Shown here: positions 13,634 to 26,564 of the stretch, piece after piece
Layout of the letters: each line of letters starts with the position of its first letter
How positions within the stretch are numbered: position 1 is the first letter of the stretch
Assembly (NCBI GenBank): GCA_046563655.1
Contig: CM102284.1
Span: 6,510,001-6,574,000, forward strand
Origin: Yuukianura sp. NJ FZ-2021
Taxonomy: Eukaryota
Length of the DNA: 64,000 nucleotides
Direction: 5' to 3'
The notes under the pieces: generated by a model
Told to the model about the DNA's origin: nothing
What the model saw: only the letters and a program-made list of their open reading frames with translations
Database searches by the model: none
Translations under genes and position numbers: made by a program

Positions 13634-16600
13634 ATGAGCTTTCTCTGGACTTTCTCCTTGTTCATAGCGCTTTCCGGAGGTAAATTTTCACTTTTACGAA
13701 ACAATTGCAAAAATTGCCAAAAATGCAAAACTGACATTGCAAATTGACGATTAACCAAAATTTGACTTTGACCTAGTTTAACTTTTCAAAAATTTCAGTT
13801 ACAAATTGCATCCCTACATCACCGATCCATCAGCGCCTTGGTTCAGATGAAGTCCGGATAACGCCGTCCAATCGTGACGTGTGTTTGGCCAAATTACTGT
13901 GCGGTATGAGCGTAGTGACGCTGGAAGACGCTTACAACACTGGAACAAAAGACGGAGAAATCTATGGAGACTATGCCCAAATCGTAGCAAAATTCTTTCA
14001 AGAGAATCCGTAAGTTTAAAAAAAAGTTGAGGTCAAAGGTCAACTTACCCCATTTTCTTTTTTTTAAAGTCTTGAAGACTTTGATGACGACGATGGGAGT
14101 CTGAGCGCTGAGAGTGTTGAAGCAGCACTTGAAGACTACAGTGTCAGCAATGAAGATGAAGATGAAGACGAAGAAGCTTCGTATGTCCAAATTCAGCGTC
14201 CCAAGCGTCCTAATATTGAAAGTCAAAGGAAAAAAGGAGGTCAAAAGGTCAAGAAGCGTCCAGCAGCACCCACTACTGCTGCAGCTCCAGTTCATCAAGT
14301 TAAACGAGTAGTAACTACCACAACCACGACAACGACGACCACACAAAAGCCCACTCCGCCTGGAATCCAAATTTTCGGACTCGGAATGCCTGTCCAGGAA
14401 ATAACCACGAAGCCAAGGACTCCGAAGGCCTTCATTTTCGATTCTCCGCAGATAAATGAGGTAGGTGTCCTGAAATTCAAAAAAAAATTAATTCTAACTT
14501 TTTAAAAAACGTAACTTTCATCTGCCAATGAAGATGAAAAAAAAATCGAAAAATTTGAAAGCATGAAGAATTTGCGAATGATTTTTCCAACTAAAATTTT
14601 AAATTATTTCAGCGAGTTTCTAAAGCGAAAAAAATCATGCGACGTGCCGGTTTAGCCACAAAGTTGCGCACAGTTCGACAGTGTCAGCGTATTTCTGGAT
14701 GTACTTACACTTTTAAGCAGTTGTACCAAAAATATGGCGGGAAAGGAGTCATTGACGAACTGAGTCAACCAATCCAGCCACTTCATGTTGTCGATGAGCA
14801 ATGGAGTCGTCGTAAGCCACAACAGCCGCAACAAGCCTTAAAGGGCCCACTTGATTATCCTTGGAGTCATCGTCCACATCAGCAAGAAATGCCTTCCAAG
14901 GGCCCACTGGAGTACCCTTGGAGTCGTCAGCCACAGCAGCCTCAAGAAATGCCTTCGCAGGGACCCTTGGAGTATCCTTGGAGTCGCCAGCCTCAGCAGG
15001 AAGTAGCTACGAAGAGCCCACTGGAAAATCCTTGGATGTCTCCATCCGATTCTGTTTCACCGTCACCCCAACCTTCACCGACGGCTATGTTGGACATGCT
15101 GGATGTAGAATACGGTAGCTTGGGAAGCAAAATTCCAGGGGGGCTGGAAGCATACTTTCAAGCATCTTTAGATGGAGTCGGGAATTCAGAACTGACGAAT
15201 CCTGGAAAAATATACAAGATCAAAAAAGGCCAGAAACAGCAACACGTTGTTCCAATATTTCAAAGTATGAAAACGAAACAAAAACGAAGAAAACCAACCA
15301 CAACGACCGAGCCTACTACGACGACGACAACAACAACAACGGAGCCCACGACGACAACTACGACGACCACCACGACGACAACGACGACTCCTGCGCCGAC
15401 AACAACTCCGCCACGACGATTGGTCCATTATAAACGGCCGCCTTCCAAGAAAAAACCGGCTAGTTCCGAGGACGATGAAGATGATAACATCAACATAACG
15501 GCTCCAGTCCATCTGATTGGAAATCCCGAGCATGACTTGGATGATGAAGCTTTGGATAAAAAGCAGCATCAAGTTGAGTATGAAGATGATGATGATGATG
15601 ATGATGACGATGACGACGATGATCGACATAATGAATCCCATGATGATTATGACGAAGAAGAAAAGTACAACGTACCAGTCGACTATGGTAATGATGACGA
15701 CGCCGATAGTGACGAACAGGATGACGAAGTTGAACCGGTTCGAAAGCAGAGTCCAAAACGCAGACGCAAACCTTCGAAGAGTGTCGTACCACTTGACAAG
15801 TTAGTGCAAGATGCCAAGAAGCCTCCAACAGAGATTCAGCCTCAGGATACTCCAAGTACTGCCGCTGATGCTGCCAATATCCAAGGTCAACGGATTTCAC
15901 CGCCGAAACAAAAGTATAGACCGAGAAAGAGACCAGCAGCACCAGCACCGCCTGCAAAAACAAAAATTGCCAGTGAATTTCAGTCAGTTCAAACAGGTAA
16001 ATTGAAAAGGCTGAAAAAGAAGGGAAGTAAGAACAAAGAATCTGAAGAAAATACCTCTGAGGAGCTAGATGATGAAGACGATTTTGACGAAGATGAACAC
16101 GCTGTCCAGAATGATGAAAAATCAGAGCCACCAGCATTCGAATATCCATCGCATATTGGCGGTAGACCAATTTTTCCAGATTACGGGATCCCAGTGACAG
16201 CTTATGGTATGACACGATCAACCATGTCCAAGGGAGAGCCACATCGACCACCACCCATGCCAAGTGAACCTAGACCAGTTCCAACAAAGCAGAAAAATAA
16301 TAGTAACAAGGAAAGGACATCAGTACATGCTAGTTCTCCGGTTACTTACAATTATCCTCCTCAAGCAGCAGCAACTAATTATCAGAGTGGAGGTCATGAC
16401 CCTGGCATGGGCTACGAACCAACATCAGGCATGTCCGTACTTTCACCAATCACAAGTTTGTTTAAACATTTGGCGTCCGGAATTTCCCCGAATCCGGTTG
16501 GTGGTGGCATGGGCTACACGCACAATCAGAATCCAGGTTCCCTGCATTACACAATGCCACCACAAGGTCACGGTGGCTATCCGGGAGGAATTACGGTGCC

Positions 16601-16742
16601 AATAAAGTCGCAAGAAACAGAAAACCCGAATGTGCCTCAAATTGCAATTATGCCACAGATACCCAAAGGCCCTGAATCAAGTGAATACAAACGCCCAGCA
16701 AAATATACTGTGAACAAAAGCAAAAAGATTCCATCGCTTTAG
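13634..16742 (+). CDS. Secreted low-complexity protein (Thr tracts, Asp tracts, GPLEYPWS repeats, possible DM4/DM12-like Cys scaffold); exons approx. 13634-13679, 13799-14009, 14070-14460, 14613-16742
   Basis: MSFLWTFSLFIALSGVTNCIP signal peptide; in-frame GT-AG joins into the 701-aa ORF; CLAKLLC and CQRISGC motifs. Confidence 0.8.
14800..15036 (+). repeat. Coding tandem repeat, 4 copies of an 18-20 aa unit, approx. (K/Q)GPL(D/E)YPWS(R/H)(Q/R)P(Q/H)Q
   Basis: GPLDYPWS, GPLEYPWS, GPLEYPWS, SPLENPWM visible in translation; nucleotide ccttggagtc repeats. Confidence 0.9.
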
Positions 16743-17010
16743 CAAAACTTAAATCTGAATTAAATACATAAGAAATAGCATTTGAGATAATTTTACCTTA
16801 AGATTTTCCGAAAGCTGTTCCACTTTTGCTTCTTGTATTTATTGTTTAACACAAGCTCTTTGTGTTTAAACTTTAGTAAATATTGATCACCTAAGATTAA
16901 TCTGTAAGAAAATTAGTAGTAATAAATTGTAAATCAAACAAAACTTACAACTATGAGCTACATAAGACAAAGGTGTTGGAGGAAAAAACGTCTTGGAGTG
17001 GCAGGGTCTT

Positions 17011-17557
17011 TCAGTGAACTATGGGATTTAGTGGTTCTGCTTTGATGTTCGTCCAGTCTATTCTTGCATCAAGGTCTTCGTCAACTTCGCCAATGACAGC
17101 ACTGTAAAGAGAAAGTATTGGGACAGTGAAGGACAAAACAAAACTCGGCTTGGCTTCTTGCTTTAATTTCATGAACGTACATGTTATCTCCGCGAATAAT
17201 GTGAAGTCCCAACTGGATCTGTTCCACTCCCTGCGTTGAACTAAAAACTCTCTCATGGCTGTCATCCAAAACGATATTAATTGTTTGATCAAATCCCTTC
17301 AAAGTACCCTGTCCAATTTAAATAATACAGAAAATGAAATTCTGACACCGATCACCAATTTATCAAAAAATCTTAACCTCGAACACCTACCACAAAGTTT
17401 CTACCGTCAGCTGTAACCACACAAACGACTTCTAAAAACAGAGTCAAAATTAAATGGAATCCAATCAATTAGGTAATTTTCATGTCCATAAACATAGATT
17501 TACATTAGCAAAAGTGCAGAACTTACTGTTTACGTATGACTCAATTGCAGAACTCAT
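17011..17557 (-). CDS. LSM8: U6 snRNA-associated Sm-like protein LSm8, 4 exons
   Basis: MSSAIESYVNK|VVCVVTADGRNFV|GTLKGFDQTINIVLDDSHERVFSSTQGVEQIQLGLHIIRGDN|AVIGEVDEDLD...NIKAEPLNPIVH. Confidence 0.97.
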
Positions 17558-17801
17558 GATGAATTTGGTGATGTGCGGTGTAATAGTTTATTTAGATGAC
17601 ACTTGTGCAACTCTATTATCGCTGAGAGAGTCTTTTACACCTTGTATTATGATTATGAGTGACCGGTTGATGACTTTTAATTAACTACTAATTAATTACA
17701 ATACAATACAATTTTAATTTAAAAATTAATTTAACGAAGATAAAAACAAACGCGAATTTTTTTTCCAAATGTCGGGCGACCTAAGGATTAACGATAGTTA
17801 T

Positions 17802-17963
17802 TGTAGCCGTTCGACGTAGCCACTCCGCCATTTTAGTCGCCAGAATGAATGGCTACGCCTGACTGACAACTTAAGTAGCCACTTTAAACTAAGCTAATGT
17901 TAAGTGGCAACACATGTGGCAACCAATTGTAGCCGTAGCCACAGAAAGGCCGATGTGGCTACA
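17802..17963. repeat. Cluster of ~9 GTAGCC/GGCTAC/GTGGCAAC motifs bounded by inverted TGTAGCC...GGCTACA, in the LSm8/IRAK4 divergent promoter
   Basis: Motif copies near 17803, 17816, 17851, 17875, 17904, 17916, 17929, 17935, 17955. Confidence 0.6.
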
Positions 17964-18240
17964 CAGTGTGCTTGCAATGATGGTGGATATACCTTATGCC
18001 AACCAAATGTAAAAAAATTTAAAATAGAATTCAAATTCTGTTGCCGCTTTTTATTTGAATCTACTTCCCGCGCGCAAGATATTTCAATTGAGACGGCGTA
18101 CGGCGGGAATTCTTTTAGGCAAAACAGCTGTTTTATTTTTGTAAACAATAGGAAGTGCAGAGAAAGTTTTTCTAAACAGATTTTCTAAACAAACGAACAA
18201 AGGAAGCGAAGAGTCTTTTAGAAAGTGGATTTCACTCAAA

Positions 18241-20221
18241 ATGGCGGAGATGGCATACGATGGTGTTGAGCTACGAAAACTTCCTCCACGATTTCGGTTC
18301 CAATTGGCACAGGTACCTAAAAGTAGTTTTCTTTTTCTAGCATTTACGTTATTACATTTACTGAATGTCGACGTTTCTGTATTAGATACTCGATGTGGAT
18401 AATGGATGGAGAAAGTTAATGGCATCAATTCCTTCTGAACGCTATCGCGGAGAAGCCAAGTATAAAGTTGAACATTTTGACTTGATCGAACGACACAGTA
18501 TCGTCACTAGAAAACTTCCAGCTGAAGTACTTTTAGACGAATGGTCCACATCTGGGAAAGTTCGACCTACCGTGGATACCCTGTACGCATTGCTCAAAGA
18601 TTGTCAGCTCTACAGAGCTGCCGATTATGTCGCAACTGAATTCCTCTGTATTCCGCCTCCGGAACGACCACTGGAAGGGCCAGCACGTACCATATCAAAT
18701 CTTACTGCAGGCCATAGTGACAGTAACAATGAAAGTAACAGCAATCGTGCTGCGCGAGCTTCTACATCCTCTACGGCTGTAGTGCAAGTATCGTCCGCTG
18801 CCGACTTGATACTTCAGAAGTTGACCAACTTTGATTACTCCAGAGGAAATCCAGTGACGTTTGACATCGGACTTATTGAAAAGGCTACCAATAACTTTCA
18901 AAACCCAATCGGCAGCGGTGCTTTTGGATCCGTCTACTGTTTGGACTTACGACCCAAAGGGCCAAAGTTGGCTGTGAAGCTATTTCATCCCACTTCTACA
19001 GTAATTGAAGATCAATTTGTTACTGAAATCAAGGTGCTATCAGAGTAAGCTCAAAATTATCATCATATTTCCAAAATGTGATGCTTAAACTCATGTCTTT
19101 TTGTTATTTTTGTCAGATTTCGACACGAGAACTTAGTTTCGTTGGTTGGATTCTGCACAAATGGGCCACGGTTTTGTTTAGTCTACGAATTCATGTCTGG
19201 CGGTACCTTGCTGGCAGCAATCGCTTCCACTTCGTCGCCACTTTCCTGGGAAACGAGATTAGAGGTCATGCTTGGGATCATCCGTGGAATCCATTACTTG
19301 CATACGGCTCTTGAGAAGCCATTGATTCATCGCGACATCAAATCCGCCAACATTTTGCTCGAACCCTCCGGAACCAACAAATTCAAAGCAAAAATTGGGG
19401 ACTTCGGATTGGCAAAGTCGTTGACGTCGCCAAACCAATCGAGTGCCTTGGTTTCTACAATTTTCGGGTTAGCCTTTTAAACTTTTCTACTCTGATTTCT
19501 ATTACAATCATACTTAATTAATCGTGAGTTTTGTACTTGTTTTAGAACTGGACTTTACATGGCTCCAGAAGCTTTTCGTGGAGACATATCTCCCAAAATG
19601 GACGTATTCAGTTACGGCGTTGTAAGTTTTCCTTTTTTGTTCGATACTTAAATTTTTTTTAACGGAAAACGATTGGAAGTGGCTTGAAATATATTAAGTG
19701 GGTTTGGGACAAAAAGTATTTTTTTTTGTAATCGAAGCACATGAAGTTGACGATTTTGGCACAAGAGATCCAACTCCTGGCGCCTCGAGCTTACACCAAA
19801 ATGTTGCCACGAATGGCGGGACACGTTTTGGTGGATTTCACTGTGGCGTTCATGTGAAATTCAAAAATAGAAGCCTTCAAGTTGAGCTAATAATGTAGTA
19901 ATAAGATTTTTCTTTTATGCACAGATACTTTTGGAATCACTTACTGGTCTACCACCATTTGATGAAACGCGAGAGGAGGGGCAAGACATAGTGACATACG
20001 TCGAAGAAATCGTTGAAGACGGCAACATTTTGCCGTTGGTTGACGACAAAGCTGGAAACATTGATCCTGCCATTCCGACCAACATTTACGAGATCGCTGT
20101 TCGCTGTTTAGAAGACAAGCGACGACGACCTACCAGTACTCAAGTACTCGAAGACATCGAAACTCTCATGCGAACCTGGTTTCCAGCATCAGCGACTCTA
20201 CAAAGACAAAACTGCTTGTGA
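18241..20221 (+). CDS. IRAK4: IRAK4/Tube-like kinase (death domain + RD-type kinase); exons 18241-18312, 18385-19044, 19117-19467, 19546-19621, 19925-20221
   Basis: Death domain (ELRKLP...GWRKLMASI...LLDEWSTSGKVRPTV...QLYRAADYVA); kinase IGSGAFGSVY, AVK, CLVYEFM (Tyr gatekeeper), HRDIKSAN, DFG, YMAPEAFRGDIS. Confidence 0.9.
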
Positions 20222-20430
20222 CGACCTTCCCTGGGATACAGATAAAGACACTAGCATTGTTTTAGGGTAAGTGAAAAAGTGATTCTTTATTCCGCATTCG
20301 CTTTGGCTTAAAATTTTTAAAAAAGTTTAAAAAAATTGAAAAAGTGTTCATAAAAAAGGGATTGCTTAAAAACTTAAAAACTTTTGTAAACGTTGACTGT
20401 TTCATTTTCATTGCACGACTTTTTCGTTTT

Positions 20431-23400
20431 TCAATGACTGCGTTCTCTGGAATCAAAATCCCGCGATTTTTTGCTCCTTGACCTCTTCCCTCTTTCGTTC
20501 AAATCGGTAAAAACGTCACCTAGAAAAGTGGCAAGCATGAGCATTTTTCAAAATTCAATCCGACGTTAGTAATTTTTTTTGAAAAGTTTGGAGCATTACC
20601 AGTCCGAAGTGCAGAAATTAGGTCATCAAACTCCCCTTTGTTCTCCCTTGCGCCGTTTTCTTGCGGTTGAGGTTGACCTGACAAGTCTTTGTCCTTGTGT
20701 GCCTTTGAAGGGCGACGCAACTAAAAAGTTAAGTTAAGATTTTTTTGAAAGATCGCTGCAAATCGCTGGCTTTTGCATGAAAATTGCGTGAAAATTTGCT
20801 TATTTTTACCGTCGTTTGCTTCTTCTCTTCATCTTCTTTTCTTCTACGCATCCCCTCATTTTCTAGCCTTGCTTCTCCAAAGGCTGTAAGGAACTGGTCA
20901 AAAATGGCAAAAAATTCATCAATTTGAGTGAAATCTTCTCCGAAATGTTTCACTGTCTGTGCAAATTTCCATTTGACTTCGGAATACAATTTGTCCAGAG
21001 TTGTAACTTTTCCGGACGCTGTGCTCAAAAACTCCCGCGTGACAGACAGAAATCGGTCTCCGGGTAGAACAGGTTGCGTTTTTTGAAATTCAACTTCACC
21101 GTTGATTTGTGCCAAACCGTTGCGTAGTCCGTTCATTTCCTTTTCTAATTCTTGAAGACTAAAAAAATGTCAAATGTCAGAATGTAGGGGAGAAAATCGA
21201 AAAATCAGGGGGAAATCGAAATTTTTAAAATTTTGAGGAATTTTTTTTGAATTCATTGCTTTCATTGACTTACCTAACTTTAGCTGCACCCTTGACATTG
21301 CCCAGTTCGTTTTCGATGTTTAGCAATTCTTTATGACTTTGTTCAATTTGACCCACAATGTAATTGAGCAAATTGACTTTCGAATTTGACTTTGTATCGG
21401 CCAATCTAAAAAGTTAGAATTTCAATGAATTTTTTCTTTGGTGAAATATAGTAATTAGGCTTTCATTCAAAACTGGATGTTAGGAGTTTTTTGAGTTGAC
21501 TCTTTTAATTTTTCTTAACCAACTTGTAAGTTATGTTTTACCTTGTTAGACTTGTTAGTCTAAAACCAGATGCGTTTCCCCTTTGACCTCGATTCATGTA
21601 GTTCCCAATGCTGAGAATCATCTGAAGGAATTTTTTTAACTTTCGACTGTTTTTGACTTCGTCACAGGCTGAAAGAACTGTTTTCATTTTCGTTTGCAGA
21701 TCTTGTGTTAGCGTGTTGAATCGTTTCTTGTAGTAAAGTGTGAACAGACGCTCTTCATAGTGTGAGATTCTGAAAGTTTGCAAAAATTTTACAAAAATCT
21801 TGAATTTTTAAAAAAGCAAAGTTTGTTTGTGGGTGCAGTTTTCGGGTGGAGGTAAAAATTCGGCTAAATTCTGGGTAGGGTTACCGCTAACTCTAAAAAT
21901 TCAGGTTTTCTTGACCTTTCTTAACCTAAAAGTCTTAAATTTTGCAAAAACGAAACATTTTTTTTTGTTTTTGAAAATTTTTTGAAAGAATTTTGATTTA
22001 CCGTGATATTTTGAGTAGGAATTGATCCGCCCTTGCTAATTCTTCTGTTTGATTCTCCTCTAAGAGACTTCGTTCCTCAAGCGTAGGCGTGAATTTCAAA
22101 AGTTGTTCTACCATATCCTGCGGAATTTCTTCTCGACTGTCCATAGAAATTATGGCTCCACAGATCTCCTCATCCGTCATCTTCAACTTACTCAGAAGAA
22201 TTGTACAGTTTTGAGCTCTGCGGGAATCAATAAGACTCAGAATCCGTTTTCCACACTTTTCTATCGTCCCGAAGGCACCGTCTTGCCCATTTTGCTTTTG
22301 GTAGGCCGAAAAGAGGCGATCGACTTCTCTAAGGTCAAGGTCATCATACTCTTCCACAATCTGAGTCCAAACTGTTCCTTCCAATTTAGATTCAGGGATT
22401 TTGGACCAGTTAAAAGACTTGAGAGGAGCTGATGCTGAGGGAACTGCTTTCTTTGGTTTTCTAGCAGGGGGAAACACGCTTCCGAGCCCCCCGGGGGGTG
22501 GAGGGGGCGGGGGAGGTGGGGCGGCTGGTCCGTTGCAAATTCCATTGACTTTTGGCGGGGGCGGACCTCCGGGAGGAAGGGGAGGGGTTTTGAAGGGCGG
22601 GGCTTCGGGTTTCGTTGAGGTTGAATGACTTGTGTTTGTGGTGACTGAGGTTATGGCACTGGATTGATTAGAATTGGTGTTTGAATGACTGTTTGAAAAA
22701 TGGCGATGATCGGATTGACTCGATGCAAGTTCAAATACTTGTGTTTCCAGTCTTTCCTTTTCGCGTAGTGAGTGTTCCAGATCGGTTTCAGCGTCACAGA
22801 GACGCTTGAGCAGTACTTTTTCGTTTTCAGATGCTTGTTCCAATTTTGACTCGAGATTCATCAGTTCCGCTTCAGATCCAAGTCTGGAAATTTTTGAAAA
22901 AAAAATTGAAAATTTTTGAATTTTGACAGTTTTCTTTTAAAATTTTTCGCTTTTCCAAGCGATTTTGCCACACATTTACAACTAGACCTGAAAACTTGGT
23001 TTTTTGATTAGAGTTTGTTTTAGTTTGGGTTTAATTTTGAATGGGTTTAAAATTTAATTTTTGCTTTTCTTACCTTTTGACAATGTCGTCAATGTCAAAG
23101 TTCAAAACGACCCGGTCCGAATTGGGGTACAAAACGATTTGTTGGAGCACTCTGTCCAGTAGAATCCAATGTGCCTCGCCTGGAATGAGCAGCATATGAA
23201 CCAATAGGGACTGGAGACTTGGAAATGCCAAACTATGTGACCAACGACTCTTGACCAGGTCAAACATAACGTCAACATTAGTTGTATCCACATGGGCAGT
23301 TCCTATTCGTCTAGCCAGTTCCCTCTCGTCTTCGTTTCTCATCATTTCAAAAAAGTCTAGATGCTTGTCCAGTGTAGAATTTTCAAAAGATCGAAGTTTC

Positions 23401-24583
23401 CCTATGACCGGAACTACTCCAAGCATCAACAGTTCGTAGCGCAAATGCAGGCGGAATTCGGTACATTCTTGTCCAGGGCCGTAACTTAGAATTGCATTGA
23501 TAAATGACATGATGGCCGTTTTTAGTCCGAGGTCTTCTCGGTATGGACCGGTTGACTTGTCCAGGTCAGTGATAATAGTCTGGAACCGTGTCCGCTCGCC
23601 AGTATATTCTTGGAGATATGATATTGCTTCCATGGCTTTACGGTGACCGCCAGGAACGAGACAAGTTGCACCAAGGATTTCTAGAGCATCCACTTTGGCT
23701 TTTGGATTTTCACCAGCGAGAGACTGGGCGATGATGTTAAGGGCTTCTGGATGGGCTAGAACGTGGGCACGCCCTGTAGAATTGTTGAGAAGAGACTTGA
23801 GACATCCGATGATGTTGGAATGAGAGTGGGTCAGTTGTGGATCTTTGAGATGCTTTAGAAGTATTTCTAGACCGTCCATCTCTAAGTATCGCTGGACGAA
23901 ACTGTGCGGTTCGGTCCGGAGAGATGTTTTGAGAGATTCAAAAAGTTTGGGAGATTCTTGAGGAATGAAGGCCCGAACACGGTCGACGTAGTATTCTGGA
24001 GAGTAGGAAAGTACTGGATGATCCTGTTTCCGGGAACAGTAGATTTGCCATTTCTTTTCTACTGGCAGCATCAGCATTGCATGACGGTTTGCTGCTGAGA
24101 GGTCAAGTTCATCCTGAAAAGGTCAGAGGTCTGTCATGATTTAATGTTGTTTAAAGCAATTGTCGATTTTTGAAATAAGATGCATGCTGTATGAAGTAGT
24201 TTGGTTAATCTTTTTAAGGGAAAGTCCGAATATTTCGTTAAAATCAGAATATTTCGATTTCGATCGAAAACGACAGAATGTTTCGGTAAAAAAAAAGTCC
24301 GGATTATATTTCGGAAGAGTCGGACGCCAGAAAAAGTCGTAGGTCAAAAAGTCGGAGGCCAGAAAAAGTTAGGTTCCAGGTTTCTTTTACTTCCGACAAA
24401 AACGCTCAATTTTTTTCGAAATTTTGAAATTCTTACCACCAAATCTTGAAATTTGGCTTCGAGTTCCTCTTGGTCGATGTTCTCATCCGGGGTCAAGGTC
24501 AGTACTTCAGCGATGACAATTTGTGTGTCCCTGCGTTCTTTGGCAAAACAGCAGAGTGATCCTAGCAGCGTATTGGACGGCAT
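20431..24583 (-). CDS. DAAM: Dishevelled-associated activator of morphogenesis formin (GBD/FH3, FH1, FH2, DAD), ~8 coding exons
   Basis: LCCF N-terminus, DELDL...EKKWQIYCS, SLKTSLRTEPHSFV, poly-Pro FH1, LKSFNWSKIP, RRAQNCTILLSKL, GNYMNRGQRGNA, GEFDDLISALRTGDVF DAD motif. Confidence 0.95.
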
Positions 24584-26564
24584 CGTCTCCAGTAGATTTC
24601 CAACTGATTCAGAAACTGCTGCTGACAGCGAGGCTGAAATTCCTCGTACTGGTCTCAGTATCACCTGCCCAAACATATTAAAATAGTTCTAAATTTCAAT
24701 TTCAAACTTTAGAGGTTTTCCTGTTTCAAAATTGCTACAATTTATGAAATTTTGGTGTTTTACAAAATATGGTACTTTAAGTAGCAAGTGCTAAGCACAG
24801 CTTTTCTTTTGTAAAAACAACAATGGAAGTGGAGAAAGAGGGGATAAGTTTAATAATCAAGGTGCGTCAATGCAGGGGCACGCAGAAAAAAATAAGAGGG
24901 ACGCTAATGAATAAATTTAACCACAAAACAAACGGGATTCGTATCAAAAGTATGGATCGAGGTACAACTGAAAAAAGTACAACTTTTTTTTTCAATTCAA
25001 GTTTGAAATTTCAAGATTTCGTAATCTGAAATCAATTTTCGGTAATGTCCTCTTCAGAAAAACAAAAGAAAAACCAAAATTTTGGTTTTCATAAAACCAT
25101 AAAAAATGAATTACACAACTACTTAAACCATCGGGAGCTTTTGACTGAAGTTTACATAAGGAACGTATTTTCAAAATTTTTCGGCGTTTTGTCTAGGTCG
25201 CAAAAAGTTTGACACAAAAGTATTTTCAAAATTTTGAAAATTTTCGACTTTGAAACCGGTGACCGATTTTAACGAAGTGTCCGACGCGTTTCACTGTCAA
25301 CATTTGAACTGTTCAAATTTTGAACTTTTGGGTAAAATTAACTTTCGTTTTACATTCAAAAAACTCAACTTCTTTTCTCAAAATTATGAAAATTTTGAGA
25401 ATTTTTTTTTTGAAATTCAAACCTTTCGAACCAATGAAATGTAACTGTGATTTTCCCTTTTTCGGAATTGTTGCTAAACTGATCTTTGTGTCTGACCAAC
25501 ACAAAGCTCAACCTGTCTCGCCCTAATTTAAAAACTAAAAATAAATTTTGTTCCAGAAAAGCTTACATTACGGAAACGGCCCATGACTATTCAAAATGTG
25601 AACTTTTTGAACTCGTAACTAAAAAGATGTACTATGGTGTGTCCACCCCGTTGAAGTACATTTGAAGAACTGAAGTGGACACACCGATACCACTAACCTA
25701 GATTTTGGGCGTTGATACCCCAAGAAGTTACCTGACAAGGGAGGAGGAGGGCTAGCCTGACCTCTTGATTCTTCCAAACATTTTGCACGTTCCTTACATT
25801 GGAGTTAAGGCAGAAGTAAGGCCAAAACAGGTTTAGTTCTTGGCAGTTTCCAATGTCAGCGGATTCTTTTTTACTAAAAGTTTTGACAGTTTACGTTGAT
25901 TTGTTCCTCTTCACTAAGCTTTTACATGTTTGGATTTGGAAAATGAAATTATGGAAGTACAGTGAATCTCACATCTCACACACACTTTGGTCAGGTTAGA
26001 CTATGCTTATGGTTAGATTGTAAACTCAACATAGGAAATCAATAGGAAGAAGGGAATCCTGCGCCGTTGTGCGTCTAAGTTGATCTCGAGTTACCCGAAT
26101 GCGGGTAACTTCCAGAATGCAGATGGTCCCGGGTAGGGTGACTCCTGTCTGGCCATAAAATCAAACCGGATCCCCCTCCTGTGTCATAAAACTTTTTTTT
26201 GGAGTTCTGGCAAGGGTGTGACCAGAATCTGAGAATTTTTTAAGAAAAAGAATGAATTTTTTTTCAAAAAAGGTGGAAATTTTAAACTGAGAGTTTTCTT
26301 TTATTGCATAGACAGAAAGAGGCTGTGGCATTTCTTATTTTTCTTTTGTAATTTGTATGTAAACCACTCGTAATTTTTTTAGTTAACACAAAATTCCCAG
26401 GAGAGGCAAATGACTTTGTTCCTAAGGTGTGAATTGATTTTTTTGTGGAATACTGGAGCAGCATTTTTTCTTAAAACTAAACAAATAAGTATAGGAATAA
26501 AGCCTAAAAAACTGCTAAGGTTTTTGTTATAAATTGGCACCTCTCTTAAAACATGCGTGGCTTT

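Noticed and set aside
15186-16263. Long - strand ORFs with Ile/His/Arg runs
   Set aside because: Antisense readings of the GAT/ACG triplet tracts of the secreted-protein gene
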